A DNA stretch of 64,000 nt, taken from NCBI RefSeq assembly GCF_006345805.1, contig NC_043002.1, positions 52,452,001-52,516,000 on the forward strand, given 5' to 3'. Position 1 is the first letter of the stretch, and the number at the start of each line of letters is the position of its first letter. Shown piece by piece: positions 1-13,460 of the stretch. The translations under genes and the position numbers were made by a program. The DNA is from Octopus sinensis (lineage: Eukaryota). The notes under the pieces were generated by a model, which saw nothing but the letters and a program-made list of their open reading frames with translations, did no database searches and was not told the DNA's origin.

Positions 1-100
1 AATTGGTGATAATGATTACACAACATCTCACCAATGAACAAGTGTAAAAATGTGTCGAAACAATTGTAATGTTTATAGATAATGTCATATATATATATAT

Positions 101-160
<60 letters not shown>

Positions 161-659
161 GTGTATGTATATACTTACATATATATGTATATATGGGTTC
201 AGGACGTCACAAAAGGTAAACAACAGGAAATACGAAATACGAAAATATGGAATACGAACTTTTTGCGAACAGCGAAAGAAACAATAGTATCGATAATGCC
301 GAAATTGCGTTTGACTCCTCTTGCTGATAACTGATGAAGAATTTGTGACCTTGTGTGTTTTTGTTCGCCTGTGCATTTAGTATGTGTTCGTTGTTTATTT
401 ACAATACGTTTATTTTAATTATATATATATAGATATGTCATATTTTCCGTTTGTTGTCTTTTTATTTAATCCTGAAGATATTATTTATGTACGCACGCAC
501 TCATTAATCTTTTACCTATATATATATGTGTGTGCGTGTGTTGTGTGCGTGTGTGTGAGTGTGTGGGTGTGTGTGTGGTGTAGTTCAAATTTACAGAAAA
601 CAAACGACGAAGACAGGTGAAAGAACAACAAGCAGAGTTTGAAGGTTTTTTAGTTATAG

Positions 660-744
660 AAATCGACCCCAGGACTTACTCTTTGGAACCCTAGCACTTA
701 TTCTATCGGTTTCTTTTTCCAAAACGCTAAGCTACGGGGACGTG

Positions 745-745
<1 letters not shown>
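660..745 (-). mobile_element. SINE fragment (family C, GACCCCAGGACTTA core)
   Basis: GAAATCGACCCCAGGACTTACTCTTTG...CTACGGGGACGT matches copies at 14262-14400 and 52289-52320. Confidence 0.7.
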
Positions 746-990
<245 letters not shown>

Positions 991-1363
991 GTTTGTGGGC
1001 CGGAGGGGGCTAGCTTTTGCTTGTCCCAGACAACGCTTGTTGACTTCCTTTCCATCCCCGCAACTTAGAAGTTCGACGAAGTTAACCGATAGAATATGTC
1101 GAATGACTGAGACAAGTAAATGTTTTTTTTAGATATATCGTAGTAATATCTAATGTAGTTGTGGTTTACGACCAGTCAGGACGTTACCATTGGTTTCACA
1201 CTTTTTATACTCTTAGCAATATAGACGTCTCCCACGGCTAAGAACGTAAAAGGCGCGAAAGCAAAGGTGACTCCTTGACCGGCCATACCAGCCACATAGT
1301 TTCGGGTTCATTCACACTGCGTGGCACCTTAGAACCTAGGGTTGGATTCAAAATTCTACCAGG

Positions 1364-1405
1364 ACACCTGATGAAGGCTGGAGAGTAAATCAGCCGAAAT
1401 TGTGT
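1364..1405 (+). ncRNA. degenerate minimal hammerhead ribozyme motif in a Penelope-type repeat
   Basis: ACAC-CTGATGA-A-GGCTG/CAGCC stem II-GAAA-TT-GTGT; the stem III bases expected after GAAA are missing. Confidence 0.55.
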
Positions 1406-1994
1406 GGTAGCAACAAACAAGATGAGGACAAATATCCGTCCATGTAAAAAATGTAAATATTGTACAGAATTCCTCATCTCTAAAATATAGAACAATTTAT
1501 GATTGTTTCAAAAATTCCATGTTGACTTAATCTTGCATCGTGTTTTTAAACGACTCCACAATTAATGATGTAGTCATATCCGTTGTACAGATACCCCGTT
1601 CATAGAAATGATCCCTCGCAACTCTCTACAAAAAATAATATGCTGAAGTGTTTGTCTATCGCTTAAATAGGACATTAATCAATGTTTATAGTGGACGGCA
1701 CAGCGGTCACGTTTATAAACATGATTGAAGATAAGTCAAAATGAATTTGTAGAAAAAATTGCAAACTATGAAACAAAAATAATAACGCAAACTCCACTTT
1801 TCAGTGCTTATTACTTCTGTAACCCCTCAGAGGAAACATGACTCCTCCTTCACTCCTCTCCACCCTTCATTTATGGTTTGAGAATAATTCTATAATTGTT
1901 GTAACTGGAATGGAACTTACTCTCTTTCTGCTCACATCCATTCACCATTTAATGCTACTGCTTTGCATCTTTTAGAGAGATAGATTAGATATAA

Positions 1995-2391
1995 CTAGCA
2001 GTATCGCCCGGCGTTGCTCGGGTTTGTAAGGGAAATAACTATATAAGCAATTTTAGAGAGTTATAGCCAAAAAATAGCAAAAAAAATGCATTAAAAATGG
2101 AAAAAAAGATGGTAAATTTTTTTTTAAATCGTTGACTCATCGTAGACATTTTTAGAGAGTTACTTCCCTTATATAATATCGAAAAAATGCATTAAAATGG
2201 AAAAAAATGATGGTAAATTTTTTTTAAAATCGTAGACTCATCGTAGACGCGCGCTAATACCCAGAAGGGCTCGATATGAATCACGACTATAAGATACCCG
2301 GTTTTGGTTAAACTGCACCGCAAAATGTGGGAGTAGTTAGGAATCTAAATCGTAGGAGACAGACACACAACCTCTCTTTTATATATAAAGA
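1995..2391 (-). mobile_element. non-autonomous Helitron (397 bp)
   Basis: minus strand starts TC and ends CTAG; hairpin CCCGAGCAACGCCGGG lies ~8 nt before CTAG; inserted between A and T; internal ~100 bp direct duplication. Confidence 0.8.
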
Positions 2392-2409
2392 TAAACTCAA
2401 AGAGCAACA

Positions 2410-2855
2410 AGAAAGTGAAAGTAGTTTCTAACTTAGGATGTCTCATAGATAGTGGTGGCAATGGTGTTGGAGGTGGTAGATGTGGCTATCATGGCAGTGG
2501 TGGTGTAGTGGTGACAGTGGATGTGTATGATGGCAGAAATTATAGTGTTGGTGTTTTTGTAGAGGTGGTGGTGGTGGTGGCGGCAGTGGATGATGATGAT
2601 AATGATGATGATAGTAGTAGTAGCATTGATTATGTTAGGATGTCTCATGGATGGTAGAGTTGAAGACATTGCAGAGTGTAGTGGTGGTGAAATTGGTGAT
2701 TTTGAATATGATGCTGTATTGATTCTTGGGGTTGTGGTTGCAGAAGATGGTTGTGGTGGTGGCATTCGAGGTTGTAGTAATGGTTGTAGTGGTGGTTGTG
2801 AAGATGATTCTGATATTGATAGTCTTTGCATTGAGGTGGTGGCAGAGTCACAGTA
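2410..2855. repeat. degenerate (GGT/GAT)n triplet low-complexity tract
   Basis: mixed GGT/GAT/AGT triplets producing biased ORFs in several frames. Confidence 0.8.
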
Positions 2856-3774
2856 AATAATAAGAGCCGAGTTAACACAAGATTCTTAAATTTCGGAGAT
2901 CATAAGATAGAGAGCAAGAAGTTAAAAGTTCCAATACTGGCCCAATACCTACACCCCAGATTCTTCAACTGTTTTATAAGAAAGGGGTTAATGGCAGGAT
3001 AGGGATTCAGCTTTAAAATAAATTGTATAACAAAAAATACATAAATAAATTACTGCTCCACACGATGTAATTTTAGTAGTGTGTATGTGTATGTATGTGT
3101 GTGTGTGTGTGTAAGCAATGCAAACAATAGAAAATAATTTAAACACTCATTTTCTGATGTCTAAGGATGGATATTTATGCGTATGAATCTTTTTCTCTTT
3201 TATTTTCTTTGAAATATAATTCTAGGGAACTGAAAAAGCTGTGTACGATGCCAAGCGAATTTAGCTATTTACGATGAGCGGATGTTTACGTACAAACGAA
3301 TCTGTAGGTCTGTTTACATGTTTACGTTAAGTACGTCACAAAATAGCTGTTTACGTCACAGTAACAATATTTTGAGAGGCAGTAAATAATATGAGGTCGA
3401 AAGAAAGAATATCATTGGTTAAAATTCGAATTATTAAACAACGTTAAACTTAGAAATTACAATTCCGTTTTCATTTTGGGTTACAATTATGTTTTCTTTT
3501 GACACATTCTACCAGTATACGAAGTTTCAAATTGTTTAGTTAACTAAGAAAATCTGGCCTTCAAACTGAAAAGATCCCACAACTGCTATTCAAACACTAT
3601 CTAGATCTTCTTACTACTGTAGAAGTCGCTGAAAAAAAAAAGCGGCAACAGCAAAAAGAATAAGACGGTATCTTCAATGATGTAATGTTTTTAATCATAG
3701 CTCTGCTCTCTTAGGGCTAAATAACTACGAAACTACCTACTACTATATACAGTATATTCATGTGGATAAATCTG

Positions 3775-3863
3775 ATATATGTATGTATCTGTGAAGATAG
3801 AGCAGTCACCATGCACATACACACATACATATGTATATGTGTGTGTGTGTAAATATATACATG

Positions 3864-3924
<61 letters not shown>

Positions 3925-4000
3925 TATATATATACATGTATATATGTATATATATATAATATATATATATAATATATATATATTATATATATTATATATA

Positions 4001-4050
<50 letters not shown>
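3775..4050. repeat. compound (TA)n/(TATG)n microsatellite
   Basis: direct reading. Confidence 0.9.
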
Positions 4051-4051
<1 letters not shown>

Positions 4052-4250
4052 CTTTATTGCTGAAAAGAAAGAAACTGCAGTCTGAGAATTACCGTTTAGT
4101 AAATGTTTTTATCTTCATTTCACTTAATTTATCAAGCTTCTGTATTCCTAGCACATATTTCGCCTTAATGTACTGATATATGAAAAATATATGGCTTGTG
4201 TTAGTAATACCAGCGATTATAATTATTTTTATTTTATCGCAATTTGATTT

Positions 4251-4286
<36 letters not shown>

Positions 4287-4814
4287 ATATATATATATAT
4301 ATATAATATATATATACGTACAGAAACACGTACACATGAACATGCGTAGGTACTCAGTTAAATATATATTTCTATCTTATATATATATATACATACATAC
4401 ATACTATATATATATATATAATATATATATATTATATATAATAACGTGTATAAATGAACGTTACTAATTAACTAAATGATACGTATATATATCTATAAAT
4501 ACGGTATGTATTTATGTATGTATCATTCATAGAGGTCACTAATTAGCTTAATATAAAGCGGTTCTATTATTATCCTGAGCAATTTTGAAGCTAATTCAGA
4601 CTGGCTGTAGTAAATACTGGGCAGGTTCTGTTTTAAATACAGGTTTTCTCACCTGATCGTGAAATGAGGTCTTAATTAACAGTCATTAACCCAAAACGGT
4701 ATGCTTAATTAAAGATTAGAATTCATTTCACCTATTTCATCCAAACTTTATCTATGGCGCTCTGGAAATAATTTATAGAACTTTCATTCTCACGTGAAAT
4801 ACTAAAGATGGTGC

Positions 4815-4870
4815 ACATGATGGTGGTGGTGGTGGTGATGATGATGATGATGATGATGATGATAATGATA

Positions 4871-4904
<34 letters not shown>

Positions 4905-5030
4905 CGACGGCGATGATTAGGATGGTGACGATGATGCTGATGACGATGACGATGATTGCGATGATGATGATTACGATGATGATAATGATAATGACAATAT
5001 TAATGATGATAATGATAATGTTGATAAAGA
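4815..5030. repeat. (GAT)n/(GAC)n triplet microsatellite
   Basis: direct reading; source of the poly-M and poly-I ORFs. Confidence 0.9.
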
Positions 5031-5344
5031 AGATCGTATTGATGTTAAAGATGCTGCTGCTCTTGCTGCTGCTACTGATAATGAATGGGATGAAGAACAC
5101 GAAGATAATTGTTTTCTGACTGCAGAAGCAAGAACGACAATGAAGCAAAAACAAAAACAAAAATACACAAGAACAACTTCGTCAACATTGCTGTTATCAT
5201 AATAGCCAAATAATAATTTCTGAAAATTAAATGAAAAATAAAGAGTACTTAGGAAGACCAAAAGCAACAACAAACAAATGTAATGAACACATAGAAAAAG
5301 AATAAGACGAAGAACATTATTGTTGCTGTTGTTGGTATTACGAA

Positions 5345-5850
5345 GTCGGCAAGCTGGCAGAAACGTTAACACGCCGGTGAAATACGTAGCCGTATTTCGT
5401 CTGCCGTTACGTTCTGAGTTCAAATTCCGCCGAGGTCAACTTTGCCCTTCATTCTTTCGGGGTCGATTAAATAAGTACCAGTTACGCACTGGGGTCGATA
5501 TAATTGACTTAATCCGTCTGTCCTCGTTTGTTCTCTCTGCGTTTAGCCCCTTGTGGGCAATAAAGAAATAGGCATTTTGTCTGCCGTTACGTTCTGAGTA
5601 CAAATTCCACGGAGGTCAACTTTACCTTTTATCCTTTCGGGGTTGATGAAATAAGTACCAGTTACGCACTGCGCCTAAAATAGAAATAATAATAATTATT
5701 ATTAAATTATTATTATTATACAGGCGGTGTGCTGGGTTCAAATTCCGCCGAGGTCGAATTTACCTTTCGTCCTTTCGGGGTCGATAAAATAAGCACATTG
5801 AACACTTGGGTCGATGTAATCTCGACTCATCCTCACTTCCTCTCAAGCTG
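5345..5850 (+). mobile_element. cluster of three tRNA-derived SINE pieces (family A)
   Basis: GCTGGCAGAAACGTT A-box-like head, GAGTTCAAATTCC B-box-like motif and TTTCGGGGTCGAT core; near-full copy 5345-5570 plus partial copies 5572-5672 and 5722-5850. Confidence 0.85.
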
Positions 5851-5889
5851 CCCTTGGGGTAAAAATTTGAAATGATGATGATGATGATG

Positions 5890-5937
<48 letters not shown>

Positions 5938-6639
5938 TTTACCAAAAACATGTAATGAAAAGAAATATTACAAGTAACTGCAGAATATGTGGAGATGGAC
6001 AAGAAACAATAAATCATATTATCTCTAGCTGCCCAGTCCTGGCTAAGAAGGAATATATTCACAGACATGACAGAGTTGGAACCTACATACATTGGAAGCT
6101 ATGCCAACATTATGGAATAAAACAGAAAAAAGATGGTATAGGCACACACCAGAAAAGGTCACAGAAAACGAGAAAGCAACCATACTCTGGGATATGCCGA
6201 TACACACAGATAGAGAAATTAAGGCCAACACCAGATATAGTTGTCAGAGATCATGAAGAAAAAAAATGCTTTCTAATTGATGTATCAATACCGGCAGATG
6301 ACAACGTGTCTCTAAAAGAAATGGAGAAACTCTCAAAATACAAAGACCTGGAAATAGAGGTAACTAGAATGTGGAATCTGAAAACAGAAACAATTCCTAT
6401 CATAGTAGGTGCATTAGACATGATAAAAAAATATTCAGACAAATACATAACAAAAACCACCAGGACTAACAAAACACCATAGAACATACAGAAAATTGCA
6501 CTACTAGGCACTGCACACATCCTACGCAGAACACTTTCCATACAATAACCATCAGAGCATCACAACAATCACAGCACATACCCAAGGCACACAGAGCTGC
6601 GCTCGGTAGTGAAGTGAAAGCACGCTATAAAAAAAACTA

Positions 6640-6643
<4 letters not shown>
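5938..6643 (+). mobile_element. 5'-truncated R4/Dong-like RLE LINE (zinc knuckle + restriction-like endonuclease)
   Basis: ORF 5955-6482 has CRICGDGQETINHIISSC (CCHC) and PDIVV...IDVSIP...EKLSKYKDL (PD-(D/E)xK); frameshifted; (AAT)n on both sides. Confidence 0.9.
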
Positions 6644-6689
<46 letters not shown>

Positions 6690-7224
6690 CAACAATGATA
6701 TTTATTATTATTATTGTGATCAAGATCATTATCATGATTATGGTCAGTATATCCATCGTCATTCTCATTATCAGTGTCCTCTCGTTTCCAACAAGAACCA
6801 TAACAAATCATTCATCTCAGTGCGCTACTGTTCTGTTCACTCTACCAATAACAATAATGATAATTTTGAAAAGAACACACTACTTTAGTTCGTGGGAAAT
6901 GAACAGTTGAAACAGTAAATGACAGCCCATGCAACAAATTGAGAAATATATATATATTATTTTACTTGTTTTAGTCATTTGACTGCGGCTATGCTGGATA
7001 TATAGACAAATATATAGACAAATAGATAGACAAATATAACAAAATAATTTGATAAAAAATGTGAATTTTTAATTATTTTCTGAGATTTTACAAAAACAAC
7101 AATATGTGGTGAATATATTGCCGTCTAAATTACGCAAAAATGAAAATAACAGTGATGTCTCATTGTAACAGATACGTTTACCAAAATTACATAAAAATAC
7201 CCTGAAATACCAAGGAGTAAATTT

Positions 7225-7655
7225 ATTCAATAGGCTTCGGAATCTCTTGAAAATCTTCTGGGCGATCTCCTTGTTTAAGGTGGTGAATGCTGCCATAATC
7301 ACTGCCTTCAGTTCTTCTTTGGTGTTACACGGAGTTTTATTAATCTTTCGCTCAACTGTGCCCCGCCCATAATAATCAAGAAGGTTGCAGACTGCGGAGT
7401 TAGGCAGCTAGATGTTAGGGGTGATGTGGTCGCAGAAATCGTCTGACAGCCTTGACTGAGTTCTCCTGCTTGTGTGGCATGGTGCAGGGTCTTCCAGCAA
7501 CCACCCACTCGACCCAGGGCAGCACTACCGCCACCAGGCGCTTGATGTAGGCCTCCGTGTTGAGTCTGAGGCAATGTGCGAAGATGAATGGAGGCATAAC
7601 GTCACCATCAGTAGTGATCACTCCAAACACCATGATATTGATTGGATGTTTGATT
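7225..7655 (-). mobile_element. degenerate Tc1/mariner-superfamily transposase fragment, DD37D (maT)-like
   Basis: MVFGVITTDGDVMPPFIF...; after a deletion that removes the second D, one frame reads CHTSRRTQSRLSDDFCDHITPNI*LPNSAVCNLLDYY. Confidence 0.75.
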
Positions 7656-7892
7656 TATATCACTCTTAGTACATGTCCTCAGATTGCACTGCCCGCAGAT
7701 CGACACCCAAACACGCTGAAATGTTCATATTAGAGCTTCCGGCGTGAATGCCAAGCGGTACAGTATGTCTTCTCCCAATTTCTGGCAGAGTGAATTTCAA
7801 CATGGTGCTTTTCTCACAAACGGTGCCCAACTAACCCTACTATACTGTGTAGTTGATAAAATCGTAAACAAACAATGCACATGCGCGAATGA

Positions 7893-7943
<51 letters not shown>

Positions 7944-8382
7944 AGTGTGTGTATATACATATACATATATATATATATATATATGTATGTATTTATACAT
8001 ACATGCGACAAAGAAACGAGGACGGTACAAGGTGTTAGTAGGATGTGCGAGAAACAACAACTAAATCCCCCTTAAATCAAACACCTTTTCGGCTGACAAT
8101 CATTTTGAACTTATAAATGGAAAGAAATTTCAGATTCGGACCGTCCGTATTAATGAGACTGATATAATAATTACTAGGCTTGAAAAATAAGTTTTGGGGG
8201 CGATTTCTTCGACTAAAACTCCACAGCTCGGTGCTCCAGCATGGCCGCAGTCAGATGACTGGAACAAGTAGAAAAGTAGAAAAATAAAAGAGTACCCGTA
8301 ATATCCAATCAGTAAGCATTCATTGGAAAATAGATATATATTAGATAAACGTACTTACGAACTTTAGTAATCTTTATCGCAT

Positions 8383-8600
8383 ATTGGCTTCAAATTTTGG
8401 TAGAAGGCCAACAATTTTCGGGGGAGGGAGAAAGTCGATTACATCGACTCCTGTATTCAACTGCTACTTATTTTATCAAACCCGAAGAGATAAAATGCAA
8501 AGTCGACCTCGGCGGAATTTGAACTTAAAACTTAGAGATGGACGAAGTGCTGTTGAGTATTTTGTTCGGTATACTAATGGTTCTGCTGCCTCGCCGTCTT
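8383..8600 (-). mobile_element. SINE family A, diverged
   Basis: reverse complement of the family A core (GTCGACCTCGGCGGAATTTGAAC). Confidence 0.75.
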
Positions 8601-9243
8601 AAATGTTTCATATATTGATTTATTACTTCACACTTCTCTTTATTGGAGTTTTACTTATCGACCTCTTATAATCTTATCATTTCTAAAAACATCTTTTGTT
8701 TTTCTTAAATGCGTTGTTATATTTTCTTAAGTATGAAGTGTAAGAAGATGATGATAAAAAACAACAGCAAAAATCAAACAAACGGACCCAGCACACATTA
8801 AACAAACAAGGCGAATAGAAATCGATTTCTCTAAGATTAGACAGAAAAACAGACACACTCACACTTACACACAGTCATGCAGATTCTCACACAATCATGA
8901 CATATGCATAGAAATATACATAATCTCATGCTTATTGCCATAGATTAGCAAAGAAATATAAAAAACAAAAGCAAAAAACAAACCGAAATCTTTATGCGTC
9001 GATGGATTTTATCGAATATACAACCAGGCATGAGAAGTACAATACATTTTAGAGTTGCGTGGTGTTGGTTAGTAATCTTTATTTGTGTTAAATTGTTTTA
9101 ATTCATTTCCTTACCTGAAGGAAATTATATAAGAATGCAATCATTACTGTATGTTGCTGTGTATATCGATACACGATTAATTCCATGTACGTATGTGTGT
9201 ATATATGTATGTATGTGTGCAGATTTGCTTTATGTATATATGT

Positions 9244-9299
<56 letters not shown>

Positions 9300-9353
9300 A
9301 ATGTGTACTTACATATAAGAGAACAAAGTGTACGCACGCCGCTATATATATAT

Positions 9354-9463
<110 letters not shown>

Positions 9464-9567
9464 ATGTGTGTGTGTGTGTTGTGTGTGTGTGTATAATACA
9501 AAATGGGACAAGACGCAAAACATCCGGACAACTAGGTGATGCAAAAAGGGACATTATATTGGTTTTA

Positions 9568-9750
9568 AGTTTTGGCACATGGCCAGCAATATAGGGCCAT
9601 GAGGTAAGTCGATTCGATCGACACCAGGGTTTCTCGACCCCGAAAGAATGAAAGGCAAAGTTGATTTCGTCGGCATTTGAACCCAGAACGTAGAGTCTGA
9701 CGGAATAGCGCTAAGCATTTTGTCCGTTACGATAACGATTCTGCCAGCTT
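9568..9750 (-). mobile_element. SINE family A, diverged
   Basis: CTCGACCCCGAAAGAATGAAAGGCAAAG...GATTCTGCCAGCT. Confidence 0.7.
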
Positions 9751-10208
9751 ACCACTTTACATACATACATAGTAACCCAACACCCCTAAAAAACAAACAA
9801 AAAAAAGAGAATCAAAAAGCAAAACATATGGTACTACTTTAGAGCATTTAATCCATAATCTAAATAAAGTGCAGTGTAGTTATAGGAAATAGGTATCTAT
9901 TTACTATAACTAGTCTGAAACTATGTTTAAATTATAAATTAAAACCAATATGTTTTGCTTGTTCATTGGTTGTTTCAATATATATAACTAACCGCACAAG
10001 GACGAATCACTTCTAGCTATCGTTGATTAGGCAGCTTTAACAATAACGTTTCTCAGTTGCACTTCACACCGTAGTTTTAGTGGTATACTCAACTGAGTAC
10101 TTATAGTGTACAATTATTGTGTCTTTGTTTCCTCTCGCCTAAATAGCCAACGGCAACAATTAGCGGAGCATGATATATAACACACACACACACACACACA
10201 CGTACATT

Positions 10209-10240
<32 letters not shown>

Positions 10241-10479
10241 ATATAATATATATACATACACACATACATATATATGTATATATAAGATACATATTCATTT
10301 AAATATAATTATATAATAAATATATGTATATATATATACATATTCATTTAAATATAATTATATATATAAATATATGTATATATATATTGTGTGTGTGTGT
10401 GTGTGTGTGGTATTTTCAATGTGTACAATTAACATGGAAAAAATAAATAAATAAAAGTGCCAAGGATGTTACAGCCTAC

Positions 10480-11290
10480 TTGTAAACGTAAAATTCCAGG
10501 ATTTGTGAAATTTTTCGTAATACTATAAATTAAAAAATGTTGTTAAACGCAGGTGTTATTCAAATCTTATACTTCCGATATATGTTTCGAGAAAACATTG
10601 TATTATTCCCGAGGGAATAAAATGATGTAAACGATGTAATCATCTCGTGAGGGAAAAACAGAGAAACAAACTCATCAATAAGCCATTTTAACCGAATGTG
10701 ATTACTGCGTATATGATGAAAGGAACGTTAGCATGATATTTTTTTAATAAAAAACCGTAATAGATTTAGCGCCAAAGCATTTAGAGAAAGAGAAGGAAAG
10801 GAATAAAGAAATTAACAGAATTAAGAGTAGAGAAATATAGTGCGATAGATGAGTGGAAATAAAGCTTAAAGGCGTGTAAATAAATATATGTAGTGGAAAT
10901 GAAATGTAAGAAGACAGTTAAAAGTCGAATTTTATAGACTGGTAGAAATTACTTATAGGCACTAAAGGAATGTTTTTGCCAATGTTTGCAACGATAAACC
11001 CGTTCTTTAAATGTGTTTACAAGAGGATTCTCCGAGAACAGAATGAGATACTGTTCTTCGTTACAGAGCGGACAAAAGGATTTACCTTTATTATATGGAA
11101 AGGATCTAGATAGAATATTCCATTCCAAATCAAATTGTTTATTATGTTCCTTTAGAGACCCAATTCTTTCAAAGTAGTCGGTTTGTTTTTTTAAATTACT
11201 GCTAGAACCTTTATACCCGGTGTTCATCTACCCATCTACATTTAACGGAGTGCTCAGATCTTTGGTTGCTTAACACAGGCCCTTATCATT
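10480..11290 (-). mobile_element. Penelope-like element 3' fragment (GIY-YIG endonuclease C-terminus and hammerhead relic), copy 1
   Basis: ORF 10949-11227 LKEHNKQFDLEWNILSRSFPY...CPLCNEEQYLIL...RCKH resembles the C-terminal CxxC/H region of PLE GIY-YIG domains; TTGATGAG...CTCGAAACATAT relic at 10566-10682. Confidence 0.7.
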
Positions 11291-11767
11291 TACGTGAAAT
11301 AATTTTGTACACAGACAGCCATAAACCGCAGCAAATACCGAAAAGCAACATTTCAACAATTTCTCCAGTTCACCTCCCACGACTGGCATTTCATTTATCA
11401 AGCTCCAAAAGGATATGATGTAATGTGATCTTGCGGCATTGCACCTCCATAGCCCAGAAAATTTTTAAATACCTCAAGGCATTTTATCTTTGTTTAAATA
11501 ACTAGTATTCTCTATCCGCGCTGTGTGCGTGCGTGTGTGTGTGTATGTGTGTGTGCGTGTGTGGGTGTATTCGTGAAAAAAAAATGTATATATATATATA
11601 TATATGAATATCAAACGATGGATAGGTGTCAATGCGTTACAGCTGTTTCTAACAATTTTTTAATTGATTGATGGTTACATTATATCATTAAAGAAGACTG
11701 TTTCCTTCTGATGAATGCATGAGCCACATATTCATATTTTGCGATTCCACGATCAACGCTGGTCGTA

Positions 11768-11828
<61 letters not shown>

Positions 11829-11867
11829 CATACATTCATAAATACACACACACACACACACACGTAC

Positions 11868-11922
<55 letters not shown>

Positions 11923-11991
11923 CACACATACATATATATGTATATATAATATACATATTCATTTAAATATAATTATATATATAAATATATG

Positions 11992-12022
<31 letters not shown>

Positions 12023-12089
12023 ATTTTTTCAATGTGTACAATTAACATGGAAAAAATAAATAAATAAAAGTGCCAAGGATATTACAGCC

Positions 12090-12910
12090 TACTTGTAAAC
12101 GTAAAAATTCCAGGATTTGTGAAATTTTTTCGTATAATATAAATTAAAAAATGTTGTTAAACGCAGGTGTTATTCAAATCTTTATACTTCCGATATATGT
12201 TTCGAAGAAAACATTTGTATTATTCCCGAGGGAATAAAATGATGTAAAACGATGTAATCATCTCGTGAGGGAAAAACAGAGAAACAAACTCATCAATAAG
12301 CCATTTTAACCGAATGTGATTACTGCGTATATGATGAAAGGAACGTTAGCATGATATTTTTTAAATAAAAAACCGTTAATAGAGTTAGCGCCAAAGGCAA
12401 TTTAGAGAAAGAGAAGGAAAGGAATAAAGAAATTAACAGAATTAAGAGTAGAGAAATATAGTGCGATAGATGAGTGGAAATAAAGCTTAAAGGCGTGTAA
12501 ATAAATATATGTAGTGGAAATGAAATGTAAGAAGACAGTTAAAAGTCGAATTTTATAGACTGGTAGAAATTACTTATAGGCACTAAAGGAATGTTTTTGC
12601 CAATGTTTGCAACGATAAACCCGTTCTTTAAATGTGTTTACAAGAGGATTCTCCGAGAACAGAATGAGATACTGTTCTTCGTTACAGAGCGGACAAAAGG
12701 ATTTACCTTTATTATATGGAAAGGATCTAGATAGAATATTCCATTCCAAATCAAATTGTTTATTATGTTCCTTTAGAGACCCAATTCTTTCATAGTAGTC
12801 GGTTTCTTTTTTTAAATTACTGCTAGAACCTTTATACCCGGTGTTCATCTACCCATCTACATTTAACGGAGTGCTCAGATCTTTGGTTGCTTAACACAGG
12901 CCCTTATCAT
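12090..12910 (-). mobile_element. Penelope-like element 3' fragment, copy 2
   Basis: duplicate of copy 1; ORF 12570-12848 differs by two residues. Confidence 0.7.
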
Positions 12911-13402
12911 TTACGTGAAATAATTTTGTACACAGACAGCCATAAACCGCAGCAAATACTGAAAAGCAACATTTCAACAATTTCTCCAGTTCACCTCCCA
13001 CGACTGGCATTTCATTTATCAAGCTCCAAAAGGATATGATGTAATGTGATCTTGCGGCATTGCACCTCCATAGCCCAGAAAATTTTTAAATACCTCAAGG
13101 CATTTTATCTTTGTTTAAATAACTAGTATTCTCTATCCGCGCTGTGTGCGTGCGTGTGTGTGTGTATGTGTGTGTGTGCGTGTGTGGGTGTATTCGTGAA
13201 AAAAAATGTATATATATATATATATATATATGAATATCAAACGATGGATAGGTGTCAATGCGTTACAGCTGTTTCTAACAATTTTTTAATTGATTGATGG
13301 TTACATTATATCATTAAAGAAGACTGTTTCCTTCTGATGAATGCATGAGACACATATTCATATTTTGCGATTCCACGATCAACGCTGGTCGTAGAATATA
13401 TA

Positions 13403-13460
<58 letters not shown>

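Noticed and set aside
2415-2878. Gly/Val/Asp-rich and Pro/His/Thr-rich ORFs
   Set aside because: Overlapping ORFs on both strands of a degenerate triplet repeat, with no domain signal.
4180-4260. [20 protein letters not shown] signal-like start
   Set aside because: Runs directly into (TA)n; no convincing donor or partner exon; I/F/L runs are expected in AT-rich DNA.
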